A stretch of 32,558 nt of DNA from the NCBI GenBank assembly GCA_051439505.1, contig JBFRWI010000078.1, forward strand, positions 1 to 32,558, given 5' to 3'. Under the pieces are notes generated by a model. The model saw only the letters and a program-made list of their open reading frames with translations, made no database searches and was not told the origin of the DNA. Every line of letters starts with the position of its first letter. Position 1 is the stretch's first letter. The position numbers were made by a program, and so were the translations under genes. Origin of the DNA: Hormoscilla sp. (lineage in GTDB: Bacteria; Cyanobacteriota; Cyanobacteriia; Cyanobacteriales; Desertifilaceae). Below, one piece after another: positions 19,401-27,702 of this stretch.

Positions 19401-19845
19401 GGCCGAATCGGCAAGCGCTCTGAAAACCGACGCTCATACGGTAGTATTTACGGCGGAGAAGGACTATAGCAAGTCTCTGAAGAACTTTCGCTATGAAGGG
19501 GAGGCGACCCCAGAGGTAGGAAGTGGGTTAATCAGCGAGCCATTACCGCCGTTCCCATTGAGTGGGAAACATACTTTCTACTTCCAATTCCGCGATCCAG
19601 ACACCAATAAATGGGAACGAATTGGCGAATTGCCTCAACCGGGTGGGAAAACAGAGTATCCCTGCGAATATCGGGTCACGCTGGATGACAAAGGGATCCT
19701 GAGAATTCATGCAGGTGAGGTTCCCTACTGGACAGGGAACAATAAGGAATGTCTGAAGGAGTACGGATGCGTGTTTCGGACTGCTCTAGAATCGCAACCA
19801 AACGACATCGAGGAAAAGCGCAACCCCTTCTCTGGCACTCATTAA
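16435..19845 (+). CDS. Large atypical Hsp70/actin-fold ATPase (SrfB-like)
   Basis: AIDFGTSNS (phosphate 1), VVTYP, YDEAVSIA, LDIGGGTTD (phosphate 2), GHLQLGGE, AEEAKLKL, LILSGKT, KLATSAGA. At 1136 aa it has extra N- and C-terminal domains. Confidence 0.88.
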   Translation: MPVKIELFTNYPLRTKRSDPMALDLPAIELAPASSKNPAYISRVSISVRGNPTGLANMIQFAYKEVTAINPIKLERPQRVRQYDCKLEEPSIPADVNCILEVKVEYFDSDSEGNPDMSVTKETKSTCHIRTSFASESEQELEESVDVGEVESIEAETNDKNSKEEKILPSFPGWFAIDFGTSNSTVTLYDPKYTVPPDSLPREQEKSLRTGLAGWLNDRPTEEIPRVTASDWESEWEKLTAELSKEFAGLDPGEHGNLGDRIFKESDNIGLLSGIRLVEIGLSICRDWFRRSASKHLHEIYHEVFRKPTLEWQSLIPVELDELRRESEITSELEIEEIGGSAEGRLKVLMGDRARQDRLNAIAQGQDIQGKFHHSPKRYLGQNRSIPAIVNGSSEQVAVQKLIQAAFSHLIQLTKDYRDRNQEQCSVGQFNRAVVTYPTISPPKVHKEVKELVGKLGISDVQMAYDEAVSIAIFFLWREFGGDLNVGIESFKTRCRNYFDQWSQNVLVLDIGGGTTDLALIRLALKEVDPFESDEDRGDGGRYYIITPKLLGSSGHLQLGGELISLRIFHLLKAAIADCLLTAVAAGNLEPDILGMQPDELNERFLDNGKFQAGLLLACVDKENQEGDVAYKDALEAAEKVLSTRWKNSPARQQAFYTLWEYAEEAKLKLGKKDQTLEGTEPTFVLDGQKISELLAQNDVQLPQSSLNHLNVTLSVAQFERAVKPAIKEAIGIARGLMESGLSRQEASQSNELKEQLDWLILSGKTCNLYLVEQELYRQFSKSDRFVWNPEKITFVPEYTKLATSAGACYAEKLRQLVFAPEDAKEVLRKGANQLYIDVKNLFYFLPCSFLLKTQDIQSIPIFKAGDKLYQLDPKDKVAKVRSEGWKGAQLSIFIERKDFEDKTPQLWGSYDGQQKLATPLGMTGTEFNETIKVQFEIDQELNISLLFCQGKPHYLMQAKIESLDATEAIKRPAIISEGKVVCDIAVNVAESASALKTDAHTVVFTAEKDYSKSLKNFRYEGEATPEVGSGLISEPLPPFPLSGKHTFYFQFRDPDTNKWERIGELPQPGGKTEYPCEYRVTLDDKGILRIHAGEVPYWTGNNKECLKEYGCVFRTALESQPNDIEEKRNPFSGTH

Positions 19846-19853
19846 GGCAAGAG

Positions 19854-19991
19854 CGTAGGTTGGGTTAAGCGTCAGCGCAACCCAACCTAGCAGATGGCCA
19901 GCAGTATCGTAGTATCGTAGGTTGGGTTAAGCGTCAGCGCAACCCAACCTCGTAGATGGCAAGTTGGGTTTCGTGCCTCAACCCAACCTAC
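19854..19991. repeat. GTAG-family REP cluster (BIME/REPIN-like)
   Basis: Two identical 35-bp CGTAGGTTGGGTTAAGCGTCAGCGCAACCCAACCT copies (19854-19888, 19916-19950) plus an inverted variant GTTGGGTTTCGTGCCTCAACCCAACCTAC (19963-19991). Confidence 0.9.
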
Positions 19992-20037
19992 AGCTCTACA
20001 GCTCGAACAAAGGAAAAGAAAAAAGGAGAGCATCCGC

Positions 20038-21261
20038 ATGCAGCACCTCAGCAAGTTATTAGAGATAGAAAAATCGAATTTAGCCTGGGTACTGCGGTTG
20101 GGATTAAACGGACTGCGGGCTCAACTACGGGAAGCCAAAAATAAAGATGCAACAGACCCTGGAATTAACGAATGTGAAGAACTGCTGAGGGAGCTGGATA
20201 GCCTTTTGGAACCACCATTAGAACCAGTAGAGGAGAGTAAAGAAACTGATCCCCCCCCAGAGGAGGAATCTCCCTTTGAGGAATCTCCCTTTGAGAAGTC
20301 TCCCTCTGAGGAGTCTCCCTTTGAGGAGGATGAATATCCGTTCGATCCTGTACCGCAGCCCCCAGGAGAACTGAAACTATCCCGCCTGCGCTCGACTTTG
20401 ATTGAAGACCAGAAGCTATTAGAATATGTGGGTAAAGTCGAATTGAGCGACAGCGAGGATGCTCTTTTGTGGAACGAGGTGCAACGTCTGCTGTTGCGGG
20501 TTCCCGCCAGGGAGGCTGACTCTTGGCAAGAACTGGCTATGAGTCTGGCCCAGTCAGTAGGGGCTTCCGAGAATAGGCGATCGCTGGTGAAGCTGCCCTT
20601 CAGTCGGGATGAAGTGATTTATCCGGGTCTCACAGGAGAGGTGAAGGCTCAGGGGTTGCGTTTTTCGACAAAGAAGGCGATCGATCGGCTCCTAACAGAG
20701 GATAAATTAGAGGGAGAACTGTATTTCCTAGGCTGTGTTGTTGATATTTGCCTAAAATTCATGGAAATGGACCCCAATTTGCACCATGCTTTGAAGACGG
20801 TCAATCAATTTGGTGTCATATCTTTGAACGAGGAGTCACAGAACGAGAAGTCACAGAAAGATAAGTATTCGGAGGCGCTGATCGAGCGATTTGGGCGGGC
20901 TGTAGCTGCGGAGAAAACTGCCGATCCAGTAAAGATCCTGCGTGGGAGACTAGACCTAGATGAGGCAATTCACTCTTTGGTATATTATCCCCCAGCAGAT
21001 CGCTTTTCTTGGTGGGGTAAATTACAACAGCAAGCACGAGATCCTCTCCAACAGCTGGCCGATCGGGCGCGTCAGGCAGGTCATCAAGTGCAGGTGCGAT
21101 CGCTATGGGGATCCTATGCTAATGTTTATTCTCGGTCAAAGGACAACTTAGAATTAGATAGTGGAGGCACTCCTGGGGAAGTGTCGGCTTGCCTGCGAGT
21201 TTATGCTAAAATAGATTCCGAAGTATTGCCTGGGAGAGTGCTGTTTCGATCTTTACGTTAG
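20038..21261 (+). CDS. Hypothetical protein, third gene of the dynamin/Hsp70 operon; GrpE-like C-terminal beta head
   Basis: 407-aa ORF with AAGGAG SD. The helical body is followed by GTPGEVSACLRVYAKIDSEVLPGRVLF, which resembles the GrpE C-terminal beta pattern. Confidence 0.75.
   Translation: MQHLSKLLEIEKSNLAWVLRLGLNGLRAQLREAKNKDATDPGINECEELLRELDSLLEPPLEPVEESKETDPPPEEESPFEESPFEKSPSEESPFEEDEYPFDPVPQPPGELKLSRLRSTLIEDQKLLEYVGKVELSDSEDALLWNEVQRLLLRVPAREADSWQELAMSLAQSVGASENRRSLVKLPFSRDEVIYPGLTGEVKAQGLRFSTKKAIDRLLTEDKLEGELYFLGCVVDICLKFMEMDPNLHHALKTVNQFGVISLNEESQNEKSQKDKYSEALIERFGRAVAAEKTADPVKILRGRLDLDEAIHSLVYYPPADRFSWWGKLQQQARDPLQQLADRARQAGHQVQVRSLWGSYANVYSRSKDNLELDSGGTPGEVSACLRVYAKIDSEVLPGRVLFRSLR
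20263..20322 (+). repeat. In-frame 15-bp tandem repeat (4 units; EESPF-type)
   Basis: GAGGAATCTCCCTTT x2, GAGAAGTCTCCCTCT, GAGGAGTCTCCCTTT. Confidence 0.9.
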
Positions 21262-21325
21262 GGGCAACGAACGGATTATACCATTTTGTCGAAACAATGC
21301 AACAATTAGTTTAAGGATTATGGTA

Positions 21326-21407
21326 TTAGTCTGTTTTCAACCGACTGAGCGCCGCGTTACCTGGCTCGGTGCCTGGTAACGCGGGGGTTTGCATCCCCCG
21401 GCGGGCT
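21326..21407 (-). repeat. Composite palindromic repeat: copy of the 31888-31946 family with a different central hairpin
   Basis: Ends TTAGTCTGTTTTCAACCGACT and GGGGGTTTGCATCCCCCGGCGGGCT match the reverse complement of 31888-31946. The centre is the hairpin CCGCGTTACC..GGTAACGCGG (21352-21384). Confidence 0.75.
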
Positions 21408-21472
21408 GACAGCGAAGTGAGGGAATTTCTCGCACATAATTGTAGCAACCTTTTTTACAAATGGTATTATTA

Positions 21473-24400
21473 CTATCCGAGCGGCTGGAACTGACTGATT
21501 TCTCTGCGTGACTCACTATTACTATCTATGCATGCCTCGGCGTGTTCTTTACTCAAGGGCTTGGAGAAGAGATATCCCTGCCCTTGTTCGCAGTCCAACA
21601 TCTTCAAAAGTGCCAATTGCTCCGCTGTTTCTATCCCTTCGGCAATTATGTCCATCTCTAAAGTGTGGGCCAGGGTGACAATAGTTCTGACAATCTCGAA
21701 ATGCTCGTCATCAGCATGCATCCGCATCACAAAAGAACGGTCGATTTTTAAGGTGTTCGCGGGCAACCGGTGCAAATAACTCAAGGATGAGTAGCCCGTG
21801 CCAAAGTCATCCAAACTTAACTTAATATTCCTGGATCTCAGTTGCAACAGCATGTTTCTGGCATTCTGGGCATTCTCCATCAGCACGCTTTCGGTGATCT
21901 CTAGCTTCAAAGCCGAACCATCTAAACCCGTTTCAGCCAGAATATGGTCTATCTGGGGGATTAAATCTGCTTCTCGTAGCTGCTTGCCAGAAAGATTGAC
22001 GCTGACGGTCAAGGGTCCCGATCGCGGATATTGGATCTGCCAAGCCCTCATTTGACGACAAGCCTCTCGCAACACCCACCGACCGATGGGTATAATTAAC
22101 CCAGTTTCTTCGGCGACGGGAATGAACTTCCCAGGAGAAATAAAGCCTTGTGAGGGATGCTGCCAGCGAATCAATGCCTCAAAACCAGTTAACTTACCAG
22201 TGAATAGGGAGACGATCGGCTGGTAATAAACTAAAAATTCCTGACGCTCGATCGCCCGTCGCAGATCTGTTTCCAACTGCAAGCGGGCCACAACTTGTTG
22301 ATGCATTTGGGTATCAAACAGGGCATAACGACCCTTGCCCAGTTTCTTGGCGCGATACATAGCCGTGTCAGCATCCCGCAGGATACATTCCGGTTGGTCG
22401 TAACCTATGGAACTCAAGGCAATGCCAATGCTAGTGTTAGTGAAAACTTCATAGCCCTGGATATAGAAAGGTGATGCCAGCAGCTGTTCGATCCTCTCGG
22501 CCAGGTCGATCGCCTCAGTTTCGGACTTGATATCTGCCAGCAAAATAGCGAACTCATCTCCTCCCAGTCGGGCGAGAGTAGCAGTCGGGAGCATCTTTTG
22601 CAGGCGCCGGGCAAAGGCAATCAGCAACTGGTCTCCCACCATATGTCCCAGACTATCGTTGACCACCTTGAAGTCATCAATATCTAAGAACAGTACGGCA
22701 AACAAGTAGTCAACACCTTGTTTATAACTCTGCAAAGCGATCGCCAGTTTGTCCACAAACAAAGTGCGGTTAGGCAGGTTGGTGAGGGAGTCGTAAAAGG
22801 CATTGTACCGTAATTGCTCCTTAGCCCGCAGGCGATCGGTGATATCTTCGGAAATACCGAGTAAATATTCGGGTTCGCCGTGACTATCGTACAGGGGCAC
22901 CTTAACAGTGTGGAGAAACCTGCGGCCCAAACTGTGAGAGTCGATCGGTTCTGCGGCAATATCCTCAGCAGTACCCCGTGCAAAGGTTTGCAGGTCTTTT
23001 TGGCGGAAAAAGTCGGCCTGTTCTTTGGGGAAAAAGTCGTAGTCGGTTTTGCCCAGCACTTGTCGGGAAGTTAATCCTAACATGAGTTCGCAGGTTCGGT
23101 TCAACAGCCTAAAGGTGCCAAATTGGTCTTTTTTCCCATCCTTGACAAAAACAGATACTGGCAGATGATCGATAATCGCTTGTAGGAAGTTGCGAGTCTG
23201 GCGGATTTCGGTTTCGGCCCGCAGGCGATCGGTAATATCGGTTTGGATACCGACAAAGTGGGTGAGATGTCCCTGGCTATTACAGACTGGAGAAATGTAG
23301 AGTTCATTCCAAAAGCTAGTGCCATCTTGGCGATAATTTCTGAGTCTGACATGGCATTCTCGGGCCTCTCGAATGGCCGATCGCACCTCCTCTAGTTCTG
23401 CTTGATCTCTGTCAGTGGCCTGCAAGAAGCGACTGTTGCGACCGATAGCTTCCGCTGCACTATAGCCTGTGATCCGCTCAAAAGCAGGATTGACATAAAT
23501 GATGGGATTATCTGGGGCCGTGGCGTCGGCGATCACGATGCCGTTGGCACTGTGGGCGATCGCCCGTTCCATCAGGTGCAGGCGTTCCATGGACTGCTGG
23601 TGGGTAATTACTGTTGCCAGCAGTTGGGCGATCGCCTGTAGGAAATTAACATCATCTGCGGTGAACTGGCGTTGTCTGGCGCTATGTGTACCCAAGATCC
23701 CAAAGGGTTGTTTTCCGTAGGGGATGATGACGCTGATGCCACTTACCACCCGGTGATTGTGCAGCAGGGGGGTACCGCTGAACCGAGTTTCGACCCGCAG
23801 GTCTTCTACTATTACCGGCTCATTGATCCGAAGAGTATAGCCCGCTTGAGAATTTCTTACCCCCACCATACAATTGCCCACCAGTTCTGGATGCCAGCCA
23901 ACCCCCGATCGCAAAAGAAACGCCTGACCGTTGGGTAACAGTTCCAATACCTGAGAATATTCCACCTCTAGGGTTTGGGCAACTAGGGTAACAGCTTCCG
24001 ACATCAGCAGGTCCAGGTCCGTAGCTGCCAGGACCATTTGACCCAATTTAGCTACAGCAGCTTGTTGGCGGGCACGAGATTGCAGTTGCGTCTCTGCCCG
24101 CTTGCGGTCTCTTATTTCTTGTCGCAGTTGTCTATTGGCTTCGGACAACTGGAATCTCAGATCCGAGATTCGCCTTTCTTGGTTTAATCCGTCCAGAGTC
24201 AGCTTTGTCAGATGGAGCCTACCGACTCGCTGCGGCCAGTACCAGACTACTACAGAAAGCAAAATCCATCCTACCAGGCATCCAATGTCTACCAAGAAGG
24301 TTTCATCTGCTTTGCTGACAAATGTAGAGACATCTAATATTTGACCTACAAAAATCCCAGTCAAGCTATCAGCTGTCGGTGACCACGAAATTTGATGCTC

Positions 24401-24490
24401 TTGCTGCCCAACCCAGTCTACAAGCCACCCACCGAAGCCCGATCGCCATCCGACAAAAGCACTTATCCTCTCTAATGCTATGTTACACAT
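21473..24490 (-). CDS. c-di-GMP signalling protein: TM-coiled coil-GAF-LOV/PAS-PAS-GGDEF-EAL
   Basis: GAF (SQAGYTL..PVIVEDL..F), LOV-type PAS ([35 protein letters not shown]), second PAS, intact GGDEF, EAL and [10 protein letters not shown]. Confidence 0.95.
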   Translation of the reverse strand: MCNIALERISAFVGWRSGFGGWLVDWVGQQEHQISWSPTADSLTGIFVGQILDVSTFVSKADETFLVDIGCLVGWILLSVVVWYWPQRVGRLHLTKLTLDGLNQERRISDLRFQLSEANRQLRQEIRDRKRAETQLQSRARQQAAVAKLGQMVLAATDLDLLMSEAVTLVAQTLEVEYSQVLELLPNGQAFLLRSGVGWHPELVGNCMVGVRNSQAGYTLRINEPVIVEDLRVETRFSGTPLLHNHRVVSGISVIIPYGKQPFGILGTHSARQRQFTADDVNFLQAIAQLLATVITHQQSMERLHLMERAIAHSANGIVIADATAPDNPIIYVNPAFERITGYSAAEAIGRNSRFLQATDRDQAELEEVRSAIREARECHVRLRNYRQDGTSFWNELYISPVCNSQGHLTHFVGIQTDITDRLRAETEIRQTRNFLQAIIDHLPVSVFVKDGKKDQFGTFRLLNRTCELMLGLTSRQVLGKTDYDFFPKEQADFFRQKDLQTFARGTAEDIAAEPIDSHSLGRRFLHTVKVPLYDSHGEPEYLLGISEDITDRLRAKEQLRYNAFYDSLTNLPNRTLFVDKLAIALQSYKQGVDYLFAVLFLDIDDFKVVNDSLGHMVGDQLLIAFARRLQKMLPTATLARLGGDEFAILLADIKSETEAIDLAERIEQLLASPFYIQGYEVFTNTSIGIALSSIGYDQPECILRDADTAMYRAKKLGKGRYALFDTQMHQQVVARLQLETDLRRAIERQEFLVYYQPIVSLFTGKLTGFEALIRWQHPSQGFISPGKFIPVAEETGLIIPIGRWVLREACRQMRAWQIQYPRSGPLTVSVNLSGKQLREADLIPQIDHILAETGLDGSALKLEITESVLMENAQNARNMLLQLRSRNIKLSLDDFGTGYSSLSYLHRLPANTLKIDRSFVMRMHADDEHFEIVRTIVTLAHTLEMDIIAEGIETAEQLALLKMLDCEQGQGYLFSKPLSKEHAEACIDSNSESRREISQFQPLG

Positions 24491-24996
24491 CTTAACATGA
24501 GAACCCGATCTTTCAGGGTTCCGATCTAACTTTTAAGTTTTTTGCTCTACTTTTACTCTATATCCAAATCTTAATAAAATATTAAATCGCAATAAAAATA
24601 CATAATTGTGAGAGTCCATATGCTTTTACGTGGCCTCCAATGTAATAATATTGACCTGGTTAGGTATCAGTGGTGGGGAAGTGAGGTAATAATCTTGACT
24701 CTGTTGGGTATCCGTGGTAAGGAAGATGAGAATGGGGTGCATCCGGTGTGAGAGCAAATTGAGAATTGAGCAATTGTTATTGAGATAGGGGCTATTTTCC
24801 ATTCTCTATTAGCCATAGCGCTCCTACACGCTCCGGGCCCCCTCCGCTGCGCGACTGCGTATACGCAATTAGCGGTGTTTAATGCCAAAAGGCAGGCATT
24901 GAGATGCTCCCTGAGAATGTCGGTATTGATAACCGGATAACTCTTGTCATAGCATTGATATATACTTGATAGCTACATTGGGATTGGGGGAAGACT

Positions 24997-25857
24997 GTGA
25001 TTTATTTGCTCATCGTCAATTATTACTCGACCGATTTGATCGCAGGTCTCCTCACCTCTATTTCCCCAGCAGATAGCCTAAATTTCCGGGGAATTATTGT
25101 CAATAATTCTCCAGAAGATCGGGCGATCGGCCAGTTGGCATCTGCCAGAAAAGATATAACTCTGATTACGGCGGGAACTAATTTAGGATTTGGTGCTGGT
25201 TGTAACCTAGGAATTAAACATGTCTATCAAATTAACCCTCAAGCTTTAATCTGGTTGTTGAATCCCGATACTATTATAGAACCCGATGCAGTTGCTTACA
25301 TCAGGGACTGTTTTCAGCAAAATCCCGATTTAGCAATTTTGGGAACTAGAATTAGAGATTCCCAGGGTGACATCTGGTTTAGTGAGGGCAGGTTTAATCC
25401 CAGGATTGGATCCTTGCCACATAAATCGATAGATAATGGGCGCGGAAGGGTGAAGATTATCCCTTGTCGGTGGGTGTCGGGATGCAGTATGATTCTAAAC
25501 TTAGCCAAATTCAACCATTGTCCCAAATTTGACCCCCATTATTTTCTTTACTACGAAGATAATGATTTATGTGAAAGATACTATCAACTAGGATATCAGA
25601 TTGCTGTTACTCAGGATGTTTTGGTGACCCATCTGGTTTCTGCTACCACTCGCAAAGATAAAACGGCTAAGTTTCGCCACGCTACCTACAGTAAATTGTA
25701 CTTCCTTAAGCAGCATGGCACGATTCTGGCTTTGGGGCTTAATCTGCTTTATCTGCTAGCAAAAGTGCTGCTGCTTTTACCGCGAGATCGGGCCTCTGCC
25801 CTAGGTCGCTGGCAAGGTTTACAAAAGTTTATTTTATCCGACTATGAACGATCGTGA
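24997..25857 (+). CDS. Glycosyltransferase family 2
   Basis: IVNY, NLGFGAGCNLG, LLNPD, FLYYEDNDLC; GTG start. Confidence 0.92.
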   Translation: MIYLLIVNYYSTDLIAGLLTSISPADSLNFRGIIVNNSPEDRAIGQLASARKDITLITAGTNLGFGAGCNLGIKHVYQINPQALIWLLNPDTIIEPDAVAYIRDCFQQNPDLAILGTRIRDSQGDIWFSEGRFNPRIGSLPHKSIDNGRGRVKIIPCRWVSGCSMILNLAKFNHCPKFDPHYFLYYEDNDLCERYYQLGYQIAVTQDVLVTHLVSATTRKDKTAKFRHATYSKLYFLKQHGTILALGLNLLYLLAKVLLLLPRDRASALGRWQGLQKFILSDYERS

Positions 25858-26926
25858 ATTAATTATCAACCTTTCAATATTAATGAAGCGTCCGACAGGA
25901 GTAAGTACCTATGCCATGAATTTGCTGCCACATTTAAAATCCCTGTCTCCGACGCTGCTGGTCTCAGAAGCAATTGACAGTTATAATTGTTATCACATAC
26001 CGGCAGGTTTGACTCCAGAACAGGGGGCGATCGGGCATTTGAAGCGTTTAAGATGGACGCAGTTGCAGTTGGGAAGAATATACCATAAACTCAAGGCAAA
26101 ACTGCTATTTTCTCCGATTCCGGAAGCGCCATTATTTGCCAATTGCCGGTTTGCGGTCATGGTTCATGACTTAATTCCGCTGCGGTTTCCGGAAAAAACA
26201 TCTCCCCTGTGGCCTTACTTTCGTTACTACGTTCCCCAAGTATTAGCGCAAGCAACCCAGATTATCTGTAACTCCCAAGCGACAGCAAAAGATGTTACAA
26301 AATTTTACAATATCCCCCTTGACAAAATTACGCCCGTACCGTTAGCATATGATAGTAAGAACTTTAAGTTCCTAGACTTGCCAACAGGTAACTACTTTCT
26401 GTATGTTGGTCGCAGTGCCCCTTACAAAAATTTGCCGAGATTAATTGCGGCATTTGCCCGAATAAGGGAAAAAGATTGCGAACTATGGCTGGCAGGTCCG
26501 CCCGATCGGCGTTATACTCCAGGATTAAGGGCCCAAGTAGAAGAACTGGGCTTGACAGATAAGGTAAAATTCCTCGACTATGTTCCCTATAGTAAACTGC
26601 CAGTGCTGATGAATCAGGCGATCGCCCTAGTATTTCCCAGCTTATGGGAAGGGTTTGGCATCCCAGTCCTAGAAGCGATGGCCTGCGGGACGCCGGTAAT
26701 TACCTCTAACATCTCATCCCTGCCGGAAATTACTGGTGATGCTGCTATCCTGGTAGATCCCTATAATGTAGGAGAAATTACTGCTGCCATGGAGACGGTG
26801 GTCGGGGATGCCGGGGTGCGATCGGATCTCAGCAGGGCCAGTCTGGCCCGGGCCAGTCAATTCAGCTGGACAAAAACCGGACTTGCCACCAGGGAACTGC
26901 TGAGATTGCTAATGGATAATTGCTAA
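25844..26926 (+). CDS. Glycosyltransferase family 4 (GT-B)
   Basis: [31 protein letters not shown]. Confidence 0.95.
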   Translation: MNDRELIINLSILMKRPTGVSTYAMNLLPHLKSLSPTLLVSEAIDSYNCYHIPAGLTPEQGAIGHLKRLRWTQLQLGRIYHKLKAKLLFSPIPEAPLFANCRFAVMVHDLIPLRFPEKTSPLWPYFRYYVPQVLAQATQIICNSQATAKDVTKFYNIPLDKITPVPLAYDSKNFKFLDLPTGNYFLYVGRSAPYKNLPRLIAAFARIREKDCELWLAGPPDRRYTPGLRAQVEELGLTDKVKFLDYVPYSKLPVLMNQAIALVFPSLWEGFGIPVLEAMACGTPVITSNISSLPEITGDAAILVDPYNVGEITAAMETVVGDAGVRSDLSRASLARASQFSWTKTGLATRELLRLLMDNC

Positions 26927-26945
26927 TTGTGAATGGCGAATTATT

Positions 26946-27170
26946 ATGCAATGTGTTATTTGCAAACACGGAACAACTCAACCCGGACAGGTAACGGTAA
27001 TGTTAGAAAGGGGAGAGTGCATTGTAATTTTCAAGGGTGTACCTGGGGTAATTTGCTCAAATTGTGGAGAATATTATTTAAGTGAGTCGGTCACAGAGGA
27101 GGTCTTGAAACGAGCAGAAAATGCAATTATTAGAGGTGCCGAAGTCGAAATTGTGAGATATGCAGCTTGA
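26946..27170 (+). CDS. YgiT-type zinc-finger protein (MqsA-family antitoxin-like)
   Basis: MQCVICKHG...FKGVPGVICSNCGEYY with two CxxC motifs, 74 aa. Confidence 0.85.
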   Translation: MQCVICKHGTTQPGQVTVMLERGECIVIFKGVPGVICSNCGEYYLSESVTEEVLKRAENAIIRGAEVEIVRYAA

Positions 27171-27423
27171 TGTCAAGATGATGAAAATAAAAGTAATGAG
27201 TGACCAGCAGATTTTGGAAGAAGGATTTCAAGTGTTGATGACCCATTTAGGACCATCGAAAGCTATGCGTTTTGGGGCAGCTTGTAAGTTAGGGAATGGA
27301 GACTATCTCCAACTAAAAGATAAACTTTTTGGCGACGAGACAGCAGATAGTCTTTATGAAAAAATCATAGCCTATCAGAATTCAAAACAGTCCGACAAAA
27401 AAGAGGAATTAGGCGAGAAATAG
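27160..27423 (+). CDS. Small hypothetical protein, antitoxin-like (start may be 27178)
   Basis: SDQQILEEGFQVL..LGPSK..RF....LGNGDYL resembles small proteins usually paired with PIN toxins. Confidence 0.65.
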   Translation: MQLDVKMMKIKVMSDQQILEEGFQVLMTHLGPSKAMRFGAACKLGNGDYLQLKDKLFGDETADSLYEKIIAYQNSKQSDKKEELGEK

Positions 27424-27533
27424 AACCTAGGGTAAAAGACGGTGGCAAAAAGGCGATCGCTATGGTAAAAAAGACAATGAACCATTAGCGATAGGCTGTC
27501 GCGCATTTAAATTGCATAGACAGAAACGCTGAA

Positions 27534-27634
27534 GGGTGCATCTCATATTTGCATCGCTGTCCGAACCCTAAAGGGCCCGGCTACAGGAACAAAGCCCGCC
27601 TGCGCGGGCTAAATTACAAAAGTGAGATGTACCC
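27534..27634. mobile_element. MITE (101 bp) with 20-bp imperfect TIRs and a 9-bp target-site duplication
   Basis: GGGTGCATCTCATATTTGCA ... TACAAAAGTGAGATGTACCC (16/20 inverted match); flanks AACGCTGAA (27525-27533) and AACGCCGAA (27635-27643). Confidence 0.75.
27561..27611 (+). repeat. Dispersed REP-like repeat, copy 2 (inside the MITE)
   Basis: 48/51 identical to 12215-12265. Confidence 0.9.
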
Positions 27635-27665
27635 AACGCCGAAAAACTTGTTCTAAATTTATTCC

Positions 27666-27699
27666 GAATTTTGAATTTTGAATTTTGAATTTTGAATTT
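27666..27699. repeat. STRR heptamer tandem repeat (GAATTTT)n
   Basis: Four full GAATTTT units plus a partial unit directly before the GT4 start codon. Confidence 0.9.
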
Positions 27700-27702
27700 A
27701 TT

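Noticed and set aside
16435..19845. Calling this gene dnaK
   Set aside because: Nearly twice DnaK length, divergent motifs, no DnaK linker or substrate-binding signature, no dnaJ
19854..19950. Two identical 35-bp repeats with a 27-bp spacer, resembling a mini-CRISPR
   Set aside because: Only two direct copies, a GTAG-REP palindrome structure, a third copy that is inverted, shared sequence after each copy, and no cas genes
19956..20144. 62-aa ORF
   Set aside because: It translates the REP repeat and overlaps the real 20038 gene out of frame
24667..24888. 73-aa ORF in the divergent intergenic region
   Set aside because: No motifs; it overlaps heptamer-like repeats and probable promoter sequence
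27685..27702. N-terminal extension MNFEFI of the GT4 gene
   Set aside because: It derives from the GAATTTT tandem repeat; ATG 27703 is the likely start
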